The notes under the pieces: model-generated | What the model saw: the letters and a program-made list of their open reading frames with translations, nothing else | The model's database searches: none | Told to the model about the DNA's origin: nothing | Made by a program: the position numbers and the translations under genes | Shown here: positions 1 to 11,867 of the stretch, piece by piece | Layout of the letters: the number at the start of each line of letters is the position of its first letter | Position numbering within the stretch: position 1 is the first letter of the stretch | Source of the DNA: Azolla caroliniana | Lineage: Eukaryota; Plantae; Polypodiophyta | Length of the DNA stretch: 64,000 nt | Direction: 5' to 3' | Assembly (NCBI GenBank): GCA_043228905.1 | Contig: JBHGNT010000021.1 | Coordinates: 9,796,001 to 9,860,000 of the forward strand

Positions 1-2642
1 CAATGGTGCCAGGTTCTTCACGAAGATCGACTTACGGGGAGCATATAACCTCGTACGGATCCAACTAGGAGACGAATGGAAGACCATGTTTCGCACCAGA
101 TATGGGCACTTCGAGTATACAGTCATGCCGTTCGGCCTCACTAATGTGCCGGCAGTCTTCCAGCACATGGCTAATGATATATTCCGAGATCTATTGGATG
201 ATTGTTTGATCATCTATTTGGATGATCTACTGGTTTTTTCAAAGACCCAAGAAGAACATGATTCTCATGTACTATTAGTACTAAAACGACTTCGAGAACA
301 TGGTCTATATGCAAAGCTGGAAAAATGTAGTTTCGGGTGCTACCAAGTGGAATTTCTCGGTTACATCATTTCGCCAGAAGGCATCTCCATGGACCTAGCT
401 AAGGTCAAAACGGTGGTAGAATGGCAGACTCCGCGTTCGGTGCGGGATGTGCAATGCTTCCTCGGCTTTGCCAATTTTTACCGGAAGTTCATACAAGATT
501 ACTCAAAGATCGTTCTACCTCTCACACAACTTACCAGGAAGGGACAACCGTTCATCTGGTCTGAAGAAACGGACATAACTTTAGAGAGTCTTAAAAAGGC
601 ATTTACATCGGCTCCAATTCTAGCTCATGTTGAAAAACCACTCATTATCGAAGCTGACGCATCAGATTTTGCATTGGGGAGCATTCTGTCACAACAGGGG
701 AATGATGAGAAGCTACATACTGTGGCTTTTCACTCACGCAAGTTTGACACCGCCAAAATCAACTACAAAATTCATGATAAGGAGCTATTGGCAATAGTGG
801 ATTCTTTTATGCAATGGAGGCATTTTCTGGAGGGATCCTCTCATCCAGTCACCGTATTTAATGAACACAAGAATCTTGCCTACTTTCAGGATGCTCGTGT
901 GTTGAATCAACGTCAAGCTCGGTGGGCCCACTTCCTCACGCGTTTCGACTTCAAAATTACATATTGTCCGGGGAAGCACCAAGGGAAGGCAGATGCATCA
1001 TTATCACGACGTTCGTATCTAGCACCCCGTCCCGGCGAGCCAATTTTCAATAACCAAAAACAAGTCATCTTGGGACCGGCACCATTACAAGCAACACAGA
1101 TCTTTGACATGCCCATGGATTCCCGTGTTATTGACCATACGTGAAGACTTGAAGACAGATGTGTTCGCCCAAGCTATACTAGCACAAATTAATCCCTCTT
1201 GAGCGTCGTGTTCACAGTCGCAACCACCAGGTATAGACTATTGGCAATTCAAATACCATGATGGATTACTCTTCTTTAAAGAACGTTTGTATGTTCCTAA
1301 TGGTTCTTGCCGCCTTCGAGTAGTACAAAACTGTCATGACACATATACAGTTGGGCATTTTGGTAGTACTAAAACATTACATTTAGTACAACGATCATTC
1401 TGGTGGCCTTGTATGCGACAATTTGTCGAGGATTTTGTTCGGACTTGTGATACATGTTGCAGAGCGAAAATGCCAAGGCATCATCCATATGGTTTATTAG
1501 AACCATTACCAATTCCAAGCAAGCCGTGGCAATCCATTGCTCTAGACTTCATCACAGATTTTCCAGTCTCTAAGGGGTTCAATGCGATTCTAACGGTGGT
1601 CGATCGATATACGAAGATGACTCATTTCTTGCCATGTACTAATGAGATCTCCAGTGAAGACACTGCCGAAATTGTCATGCGTGAAGTATGTCGGCATCAT
1701 GGACTTCCCGATAGTATCATCAGCGACCGTGGACCCCAGTTCGTGTCAAAAATCTGGAAGCACCTTTTTAACATGCTCAAGGTCACTTGTAACCTCTCCT
1801 CCAGCTACCACCCACAAACCGACGGCCAAGCTGAACGAACAAATCAAACGCTGGAGCAGTATCTGCGGTGCTTTCTCAGCTATCATCAGGACAACTGGGC
1901 AAATATTCTCCACTTCGCCGAATTTGCCTATAACAACTCTATCCACGCATCCACTAAAGTTACGCCATTTTATGCTTATACGGGATTTCACCCCCGGTGG
2001 AGTGTACTTGAAACCCCAGAGGTGTCCACAAATCCATGCGCGGAGGATCGTTTGGAGCGGCTACGCAAGATACAAGCGGATTTATCTACTCATCTCCAGC
2101 AAGCTCAACAAACACACAAGGTCTACGCGGATCGTCATCGACTTCCATCCAGTTTTAATATTGGAGATCGGGTGTGACTGCTACGACGATACATCAAGAC
2201 TACTCGCCCATGTGAGAAGTTGGATTATCGGCGATTAGGTCCTTTCCGTATTATTGGACAGATTAATGATGTCACTTTTCGTCTCAATCTACCTCCTCAA
2301 CTTCGGATACATCCGGTGTTTCATAGTTCTCTCCTCGAACCCTACCACGAGAGCACCATCCCAAGATGTCTTATCCAACCTCCACCCCCGATTGAGCTTG
2401 AAGATGGGCCGGAGTATGAGGTTGCCGCCATCCTTGATTCCAAGATTGTTCGCAACAAGCTCTACTATCTAGTTGATTGGCTAGGCTATAGTCCCAACGA
2501 ACGTACTTGGGAACCGATCGAGAATGTGACCAATGCTCGTGCTCTTCTTGAAGACTTCCATCGTCAATATCCACACAAACCGGGACCTCAATCCAAAATG
2601 ACTCGTGACACTTATCGTTTTAAAGGGGGGATAGTGTCATGA
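1..2642 (+). pseudogene. pol: Gypsy pol (RT, RNase H, integrase, chromodomain), interrupted by frameshift/stops
   Basis: ORFs 86-1144, 1287-2177 and 2220-2642; chromodomain [38 protein letters not shown]. Confidence 0.93.
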
Positions 2643-3070
2643 TATGGCAAGACTCGAACCCATGACCTTAGGTTATATGAGTCGAGCTCTTGACCATTAG
2701 ATCATCTATTTTAATATGTAGGATATTATTTTCATTTACATTTTATTATAGGAAATTAGTGTATATTCCAGATTTCTCGGGAACATTCTAGAAGCTTCAG
2801 GATTACTCCTGAAAACACTATAAAAGAGGGCACTAGGCATTATGTTGAACCAAATTGGTTCAACACCAGTCTTAAGCCTTTTAGCCACCATTGTATATTC
2901 TCTTCACATAATACATATCTTTCTTATCATCACTCTCTCCCTCTCTCGATCTCTCTCTTTCTCTCCGTCTCGCTCACTTCTTCCTTCTCTCGAAGAACTT
3001 CTACACCACTCATAGTACTAATCCTTCATTTAGTACTAATTCCTTTTCTGTCTTAGTACTGTTCCTGACA
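2635..3070 (+). repeat. 3' LTR of element A (same family as the LTRs of M)
   Basis: TG...CA termini, preceded by PPT at about 2622-2631; TATA ctataaaa at about 2818; similar to 31130-31545 and 37080-43017. Confidence 0.93.
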
Positions 3071-3643
3071 ATATCCACTTGTGGATCTTCTATCAGTTTG
3101 GCTTCCAGTCCAATCAACATCTGTATATCCTTCTAGCTTTATGTCCAGATCAGCCCTATAAAAAAGTCCATAGTTCTGAGTAGATTTTACATACCTCAAG
3201 ATTCTTCTAATTGCAGTCCAAATGTGGCTTTGTTAGTTGTTGCATAAACTAGCTGACTAATCCAACAGTATAACTCAAATCAGGTGTTGTTATAGTCAAA
3301 TATATGAGACTGCCCACCATAGACTTATACATGTTTACATCTTCTATTTTGGCTCCCAAATCAGCCCTCCATTTGCAGTTCTTATCTAGTGGTACATCAA
3401 TAGGTTTGCATCCAAGCACATACTTCTTCAACATAGTTGTTGCATACTGTTTTTGCAACATATATATACCACTTTCAGATCTGATCATCTCAATACCAAG
3501 AAAGTATCTCAACTCTCCCAAATCTTTCATATGAAATTGCATTTCAAGATTTTTCTTAAGCTTCCTTATTTCATCCATAAAATCACCTCCAATGATTAAG
3601 TCATCTACAGAAATCAAAATCACAACAACGCAATCATTCATCT

Positions 3644-4066
3644 TGTTGAGATACAAGCTCAACATTGGGCAGATCAGTTGTGCAAACCAAGAACCGGATC
3701 GGTTAGGCCGGACCGGTGCGTAAAACGGATACGCAAACCGGTGTGTAACGAGAGGCTGTATCGGTGCGTAAACAGAAAGGCCGTTAGAGAGATATTCCTC
3801 GTAAGGAATAGTTTTGGGAGTAAGTGTCGAGGCTCATTTATGAGCAGTCAAGTACTGTCAATACTTGTGTCAGCCCATTGTCAAGGCTTGTATAAAAGGT
3901 GCTCACTGAGCACGATGTAAGTATAAAGTTAGTATTTTTTTAATTGAATTTCTTGTGTGTTCTCTCTCTATCTCTCCCGCGTACTGTGCATACTCAAGCT
4001 CTCCATTAAACCTATGTATTTTCTATGTGTTTGGTATTCTATCACTTCCGCACATAATCTTTTACA
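3644..4066 (+). repeat. 5' LTR of B
   Basis: Direct repeat of 9079-9515; followed by iMet PBS. Confidence 0.95.
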
Positions 4067-4151
4067 TGGTATCAAAGCGCGAGGGTTGAGAACCTCTGCA
4101 ACCGACGTAAACTTGAAAGAAAAAACCAACCAAGAAGAATAGGCAAAACCG

Positions 4152-7100
4152 ATGGATAGAGGCATGGCTAGCTTGCTTCCAACAGAGAAGCTCGACAGAA
4201 ACAACTACGCGTCTTGGTTTTACAAGATGCACCAGTACCTGCTCAGACACGGATACTGGAGCTATGTGGACGGAGCAAATGACACAGCACCCGAGTCGAC
4301 ACACAAAGACTTCCCGACTTGCGAACAGTCCGCGAGCAGAGTACAGTACTGCTTCGCGTCTTGTGTCGGCGAACAGCTCTTAAGCTACATTCGGGATGCG
4401 AAAACACCGAAGGATGCTTGGGGAAATCTGAGGAAGATTTTCGCCGCAAGCACTACAACCAAGATGCTTCAACTCCGGCAGGAGCTGAGTAACCTATGAC
4501 AACGCGACTTGTCGGTGGCCGATTACACCTCAAAGATCAAAGATATATGCGACTCCTTAGCCTCCATCGATGTAAACATCGAGGAAGGCGAGATGGTGCA
4601 AATCTGTCTCGGCATACTGGCGACGAAGTTCGGAGCGCTCTGAACTGTTGTGTGTTCACGGGAGAATACGTCGTCATTTTTCGACTTAAAGTCAATGCTC
4701 CTTATAGAGGAGAACCACGCGGGTGCATCCACTAGCACGCATGCCAACGGAATCAAGGAAGAAGGCGAGTCGGTACGCAATGGATGCGGCCAACGGGATC
4801 AAGGAAGAAGGCACCGAAGTGATGTCGACAGCGATTCTGGACCCTCTGGAAACAGGGGGAGTCGAGGCGACGAGAACCAACAAGGGAAATCCGTTGCGGA
4901 ATGCTTGTATTGTGGCAAGAAAGGCCATAGGGAGAGCGAGTGCTGGAGAAAGCGTGCCGATTCAAAGAGGACTGGGTCCTGACCAGGTTCTGGACAGACC
5001 GACAAAGAAAATCGGCAACGATCGCACTACGCCGAAGGATCCGGAGAAGCCGAAAAAGGGTCAGTCTTCGTGACGAGACACGAAGCAAACTCGATGAAGA
5101 AATTCACCCAGAAGTCGGAGGAGGTGTGGTACGTCGACTCTGGCGCGTCAAACCACATGACGTACCACAAGGAGACGACACTCCGCATCCGATCGCGAAT
5201 GTCGGTGAAGTTCCCTTGAGCCATGTCGGGCAGAAAGGGAAACTTATGAATGTGCTACACGTCCCAACAATCACGAAGAATCTGGTGTCGGTCGGGCAAA
5301 TCGTCAACCAGGGGATGCAAGTTTGGTTCACGCATCTCGAGTGCTTCATCGAGGAAGAAGGCCGAGTTATTACGCAAGGGCGCAGAGACAGGACGATGTT
5401 TATCCTCGACTCTAGAGACGGTGGCACCACAATGTTCACGAAAGGACAAAAAGTCGAGTCGGACATCGACTTATGGCACAAGTGGATAGGCCACGTCAAC
5501 TATCAACGGCTTCAGGACCTGCAATCGAAACAGGTGGTGTTTGGATTGCCCAGATTTAGTGGCCAAAAGGCACAAATTTGTGAAGCCTGGCAACTTGGGA
5601 AGCAACACCGACTTCCCTTCCCTAACGAGCATAACCGGAGCCGGAACAAGCCCGACTTGATACATTCCGATGTATGGGGGCTGGCATAGAACGTTAGTCT
5701 TGGCGGGAGTCGATATTTCGTCTCCTTCATCGACGACTATACGTGGCACACGTGGATCTACCTCGTCGAGAAGAAGAGTGAATGTTACCCGGCCGGCAAA
5801 GACCAAGGTGTGAAAAGGGGAATGGTTATTCAGGAATATGTTGAAATTACTAGTCTTAATATATAGATTAATATATGAGAAGATGTGGATGGACGGACCG
5901 GAATCGGTATGCCGATCCGGATCCGGACCAATCCCGAAAAGGTGCTGGTTGGCACCGTTTTGTACTTCGCACCGGTGACCTATATAAAGGCCCGGATATA
6001 ATGTAGTCATTAACGGAAAGTAATATAAACCTTTTGTTTAATCATTGAGTATTGTTCACCGTTCTGTGCTTAGTGTATATCTTACACGTGTTAATGATGT
6101 ATTGCTAAGTAACTGATTAAGGTCCAATTAAGCGTTGTGTCATAAGTTATCTCGCCGTAACACCCTTTGGTGAAGTGTCTCAAGTGGACACCCTGTGTTA
6201 GGCTGTTTTTGGGACCTCAAAGGGTTCGTGGAAACAGAAACAGGACGAAAGATCAAGTGCCTTCGGTCGGATGGCGGAAAAGAGTACTTTTCCGGTCAAT
6301 TCAACGGCTATCTGCAATAGATGGGAATTCGGCACGAATTCAGTTGTAGATACACGCCGGAGCAAAACGGCGTGGCCGAGAGGCAAAATCGGTCAATTGT
6401 AGAAGTGGCGCGGGCAATGCTGGAAGAAAAGAGCTTGCCCAAGTTCCATTGGGTCGAGGCGGTACGAACCACGGTATACATCCAGAATCAGATCGGAGAC
6501 AAAGTGTCAGCGCATGAGCAGTACTTCAGAAGGAAGCCGAATCTACGACACTTGAGAGTTTTCGGTAGCATTGCGTATGTGCATGTACTGAAAGAGAAAT
6601 GGAGGAAGTTGGACACGAAAGCCGAGAAGTGTATCTTGGTCGGCTATTCGGATGAGCAGAAGGGTTATAAGTGTTATTACCCTCGCACCAAACAAGTGCG
6701 CGTGAGCCGTGACGTTGTGTTTGACGAGTCCACGTCCTGGTACTTGCCCCCGACTCCAAACCTCATCTCCAATCCAAGTTCTGACGGCGAAATCGATGAG
6801 GCCGAGATGCCTCCGAATGAGCTTGAAATCGAAACCCGTGAAGAGAGTCTGATTTCGTTTTGGTTAAGCGGACCGAATGGACGATTGGGTCGGTTCGACC
6901 AGTCCGATGAAGAGCCAGCAAGTAGTGGAGACTCGGCCGTGCAGTCCCCACGCAAGAAGCCGAGGAGACGGCTTACGCCCAAGGTAAAAGGGAAGAAGAA
7001 GGTGTCGGCATACGACACGGATAGGAACGAGTCGGATCGACGCGAGTCCGACTCCGAGGGAAGTGACGACGGGTCTTCGACACTGAAGTCCGCATCGGCC

Positions 7101-8928
7101 AAGAAAGCCTCAACATTAGCTAATGAGCAATTACGTCGATCTACCCGCTGAAAGAACCCAGTTGTGCGGTTCGGTTATGAGTACATGGCGCATCACTATG
7201 TGTACATGACCCATGTTGCGGAAGTGCGTGAGCCGGAGAGCTACGCAGAATTGGGTGCCGCGATGGAGGACGAGATGCACGCAATGGCGGAGAATGAAAC
7301 CTGGGACCTAGTTGACACAGTGAAAGGTGTTAAGCCGATCGGATGCAGGTGGGTGTACAAGGTCAAGTACAACACCAACGGCTTGGTCAACCGATATAAG
7401 GCCCGGTTAGTAGCGAAAGGCTACGCGCAGAAACACGGCATCAACTACGATGAGACATTTGCGCAGGTTGCGAAGATGACGACCGTCCGTGTTTTGGTCG
7501 TGGTAGCTACGGCAAAGGGGTGGCATTTACATCAAGTGGATGTAAAGAATGCGTTCCTGCAAGGTGAGCTTGAGGAATAGGTGTACATGGTCCAGCCCCC
7601 CAAATTTCACTCCAGAACGACCACTTCGGTGGTGTGACGATTGAAGAAGTCCCTTTACGGACTAAAGCAAGCCCCGTGTGCTTGGAACGTGAAGAGCACG
7701 CATCGACTGCGTCGGATGTTCATCCGGGAAGGTCGACTCAGGCCGGTTAGTATTTTACTTTATGTTGATGACTTGGTCATCACCGGCACTGACCTAGGTG
7801 AGATTGACCGCGTGAAGCTCCAGCTCGCGGTATCACTCGACATGAAGGATTTGGGGGACCTTCATTACTTCCTCGGGATCGAAGTGATCCGCACCCCCGA
7901 AGGCATACTGATAAGCCAACGGTATTACGTACTGAGTATGCTCTTCAAATTCGGGACCAGATCTCAGCTACCCGGTCGGGGTGATTAGTCAATTCATGGC
8001 GTGAGCTACCAAGGAGCACCTTCAATGTGCACAACGTGTACTGCGGTATGTAAGCGGGACTAAAGACCGGGGGCTACTATATCGGGTTGATACTGCCTCG
8101 CAGTTTGTCGGTTACACCGATGCTGACTAGGCCGGAAACGTCACCGATTGCCGGTCCACGTCCGCTTTCGCATTCTCTCTTGGGAGTGCAAGAAGCAAGA
8201 AGCACTCGATCGCGTGGAGTAGCAAGAAGCAGCCGACAGTTGCGCTATCAAGCACCGAAACCGAGTATAGAGGAGCGGTTGTCGCGACATGCGAAGCCAT
8301 ATGGTTGAAGTGGCTACTTAAGGATCTACAGGTGGAGGTGTCTGATCCAACAACTATCTACTGCGAAAACCTCAGCAGCATCTAGCTCGCCAAGAACCCC
8401 GTTTTCCACGCCCGGACTAAGCACTTTGCGGTGCACTACAATTTCGTTCATGAGCGTGTTCTCTCCGGTGAAGTCGAACTTCAGTATGTTCCGACGAATC
8501 GGCAGACCACCGACAGCTCCACCAAGCCTCTTGGTTTGGACAAGTTGCGGCAATTCTCGGGTGCGCTTGGGTTGCGTCACCTTGACGTGCCAAACTTGAG
8601 GGTCAGAGATGTCTCGAATGACCACAGAAGGGGGAGAGAAGACCGCGACACCGAGTCAGATGATGAATTCGATTTCGGATTGGCTGAAGAAGCCGAGGGT
8701 GGATCCCCGGAAGAGTCTGAAAGCGGACATAAGGGGAGCACTCGAAAGGAAGAGCCGGACACAACCAAGAGTGGGCGAGACGACGCCATCAAGGGCGAGA
8801 AAACCGAAGACAAATTGGAAACAATCAACTCAAACGAGAGCGAAAACCGATCGGAGGAAGCCGAGTCGGTTCGAGTGTTTGATTCGGATACGCTGAATCA
8901 ACCGAGGGTCAAGCGGAAGAGAAGGTAG
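4152..8928 (+). pseudogene. Copia gag-pol of B, multiply disrupted, with an acidic C-terminal extension after RNase H
   Basis: ORF fragments 4152-4499 (gag), 4650-4982 (CLYCGKKGHRESEC), 4940-5689, 6321-7151 (YTPEQNGVAER), 7164-7580 ([11 protein letters not shown]), 7641-7988 (YVDD), 8431-8928. Confidence 0.92.
5783..6203 (+). repeat. Insert C: solo LTR of the F family, missing about 25 bp at its 3' end, inside the integrase of B
   Basis: Starts tgttacccggccggcaaag and aligns along its length with 40862-41295; integrase frame KKSE|..FXDLKGFVE resumes at about 6204. Confidence 0.88.
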
Positions 8929-9078
8929 CAGAAGAGGCACCAACATCGCAACAGCAAGGAAGCTAAGAAGGGCCGTGTGAGCAGACAAGCCGACCGAAAG
9001 GGTCGAGGCGCGCAGAATCGAACAGGTCGAGCAGTGCGAGCAAGGCGGATGGAACCTCAAGTTGAGCTTGAGGGGGAT

Positions 9079-9515
9079 TGTTGAGATACAAACTCAACAT
9101 TGGCCAGATCGGCTGTGCAAACCGAGAACCGGATTGGTTGGGACCAATCGGTTAGGCCAAACCGGTGCGTAAAACGGATACGCAAACCGGTGCGTAACGA
9201 GAGGCCGTATCGGTGCGTAAACCGAAAGGCCGTTAGAGAGATATTCCTCGTAAGGAATAGTTTTGGGAGTAAGTGTCGAGGCTCATATATGAGCAGTCAA
9301 GTATTGTCAGTACTTGTGTTAGCCCATTGTCAAGGCTTGTATAAAAGGTGCTCACTAAGCACGATGTAAGTACAGAGTTAGTATTTTTTGAATTGAATTT
9401 CTTGTGTGTTCTCTCTCTGTCTCTCCCGCATATTGTGCATACTCAAGCTCTCCATTAAACCTACGTATTTTCTGTGTGTTTGGTTTTCTATTACTTCCAC
9501 ACATAATCTTTTACA
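9079..9515 (+). repeat. 3' LTR of B
   Basis: Direct repeat of 3644-4066 with a 14-bp length difference near its 5' end. Confidence 0.95.
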
Positions 9516-10354
9516 ATCTTCTTTACATACAGTGATGGATCAGCCTTTGACATTTTGAAAGCAATTTTTTTTAGAGATTCTGAAAGTTCTTTATGCCATG
9601 CTCTCGGTGCCTATTTCAGTCCATAGAGAGCCTTTTTCAGCTTACAAACATATTTTGCATGCTTCATATCTTCAAAACCTGGTGGTTTACACATATACAC
9701 TTCTTCTTGTAAGTTACCATGTAAAAAGGCATTTTTTACATCTATATGGTACAAAACCCATCTTTTGGCTGCACTTACATCAAGTAGTGTCCTCAATGTT
9801 GCCATCTTTGCAACCGATGCAAAAGTTTCATCGTAATCAATTCCTTGCATTTGGGCGTAGCCCTTTGCAACAAGTCTTGCTTTATGTCTACTAACATTTC
9901 CATTTGAATCATGCTTTGTCTTGTAGACCCATTTACAACCTACAACATTTTTTCCTTTTGGTAACTTTACTAAATCCCATGTACTATTTTCAGTCAATGC
10001 ATCTATTTCTTCTTGCATTCCATTCACCCATTTCTTCTTAGCTTTTGCTTCATCAAAATTATTTGGATCAGGGATTTGTACCACTTTAGACATATATGCA
10101 TAATGCATAGCCATATATGTGTCATAACCGAATCTTTCAACAATCTTTTTCTCTCTATTTGATCTTCTCTATTTCTGATTTGCATCTTTCATTACTTTTT
10201 CCATACCAGGGATTTTCAAGGCTCGTATACCCAGCTCATCATCCAATGATGTATCTGAATCTACATCTTCCATGTTTCTAGACCCATCATCAAGCATTTC
10301 ATATTCTGGCATCTTCTATTTTCCTTTTCTATCATCATATTTTTTTTGACCTGC

Positions 10355-10824
10355 TATTACCAATTAGGAACACGGTCTACAGTCAGTCCTTCAACCTAGA
10401 CCTCAAAGTGACTGCGTTGCAACGAATGGTACCGTCGAACCATAATATGTACTGGGATACCTCCACGTATCCTAGTAGCGTATAAGGGAGACAGCTACAA
10501 CCGAACTCCTTAGACAGTGCACTAGTAACCACACTATCACTCATGCCTACGCTCTTACGATTACAATACACCACCAAGAATTACAGACACACAGTAGATT
10601 AACCGTAGATATGCACAAGGATCAGAGAAGATAGAACTCTATTAAGAAACGCTCTATGCACCAATATTTACACGCTACCTCTTACAGAGGATTTCTGCCC
10701 TTTATATACACAGGTTCTTTTAGCAGTTCACGCTTCCCACGTGAACCGTTTACATGCGTTACGTTTTTACTATATTCTATATTTCTGCGCTCCTGTTCGT
10801 CGGTTACTATTCCGGCGAACAACA
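10355..10824 (-). repeat. 3' LTR of E
   Basis: Direct repeat of 20395-20864. Confidence 0.95.
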
Positions 10825-10826
10825 CC

Positions 10827-10867
10827 TAGCATGCCTGTGGGACACTGCCATGGCATGTCGGACCCAC
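10827..10867 (-). other. tRNA-3'-end-like motif (inverted second PBS) in the PPT position of E
   Basis: - strand reads GTGGGTCCGA-CATGCCATGGCAGT-GTCCCACAGGCATGCTA-gg-LTR; homologous motif at 40820-40859 in F. Confidence 0.75.
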
Positions 10868-11867
10868 CCCTTTAATCTTCCTCCAAAATGGCCCGGATGT
10901 TTCGTTCCGCCCCGGTGTCCTGGTCCAGGGACGGCGTAGTGTCCATAGACGCGTTGTTGCGTGGTTCCAGGACTTGGTCAGTAGGGCTTTCCATGGTGCC
11001 GCTGGCTTCTTGTCTAGGCAGTCTAGGTTCCGTTGTCTCGTCCTGTTCTACTGTGGCTAGGCTCAGCCATCGGCGGGCTCTCGGTAGGTCGGTTAATTCC
11101 AGTGACGTGGGCTGAGGTTCCTCTCGTTCGGCAGTATTCTTTACTGGTATTGCGACGGATTCCGCGTTTGGTCACGTGCTGCGGGCTTGCATGATTTGGT
11201 GAAACAGGTCCTCCTGAATTTCGCCAAAATCATCTAGTAGTTGTGTGAGTTCCTCGGAGTGTTGGTCCGCGAGCATGCGATAATCTTGCGCTAAGTCCTC
11301 GCGTACTACCGCAATGCTTTCATCATTGAGTTTGTAGAACCCTTGGTCATCATTTCTTCGCTTCTCCTAGTCCGCTTGGTCCGTATGCAACACCGTCGCT
11401 TGTGCAGCCCACGCCATCGAGCCTTTGTCTAACGCCGTAAACCTCTCCCGATTTGTTTGAAGAAGTATGTGCACATTGTCGGTTATTGCTTGGCAACGGT
11501 TGCATGCATCTTCTACGGTTTTCTTGAGCTTTTCGATTTCTTTTTTACTGACCGCCACCACTTACTCATAGTTGCTCCTCATTCCTGCCCATAGTTGAGA
11601 TTCCTTCGAATGTCATTCTTCCAACTTTCCCATTTCATTGTTCAAGCGAATTTCGAGCTGATGCCTCCTCTCCTATTCCCCTACCAGCTGCTCGTCGAAC
11701 CATGCTTTCTTCTTTTCTAATAACGCCTGGAGTCCCGTAATCGCAACTTCCGATTTTTTCGCTTCCTCCCGTAGTTTGGCGTTTTCTTCTTTCGTGCGGG
11801 TGTGCTATGCTCCCTTAGCTACGAGTTTCTCTTCAAGGGTATTCACTGCCTTTCGGCCGTTGGCCCA

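Larger units (their letters stand above)
1..3070 (+). mobile_element. Element A: Ty3/gypsy chromovirus (Tcn1-like), 3' part (RT-RH-INT-chromodomain, PPT, 3' LTR), inserted into the RNase H region of copia D
   Basis: RT motifs [17 protein letters not shown] and YLDD; RNase H ADASDFALG; integrase HHCC, WQSIALDFI, SDRGPQF, HPQTDGQAER; GPF module; chromodomain. PPT aaagggggga then LTR TGTCA...TGACA. Right flank reads GYTDVDW..DRRSTSGY (copia RNase H) on the - strand. Confidence 0.95.
3644..9515 (+). mobile_element. Element B: full-length but decayed Ty1/copia (GC-rich family) inserted in the RT of D
   Basis: LTRs 3644-4066 and 9079-9515 (TGTTG...TTACA); PBS tggtatcaaagc 4067-4078; PPT gaggggga before 9079; flanking atct duplication; gag, CCHC, protease, integrase, RT (YVDD), RNase H fragments. 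Confidence 0.95.
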
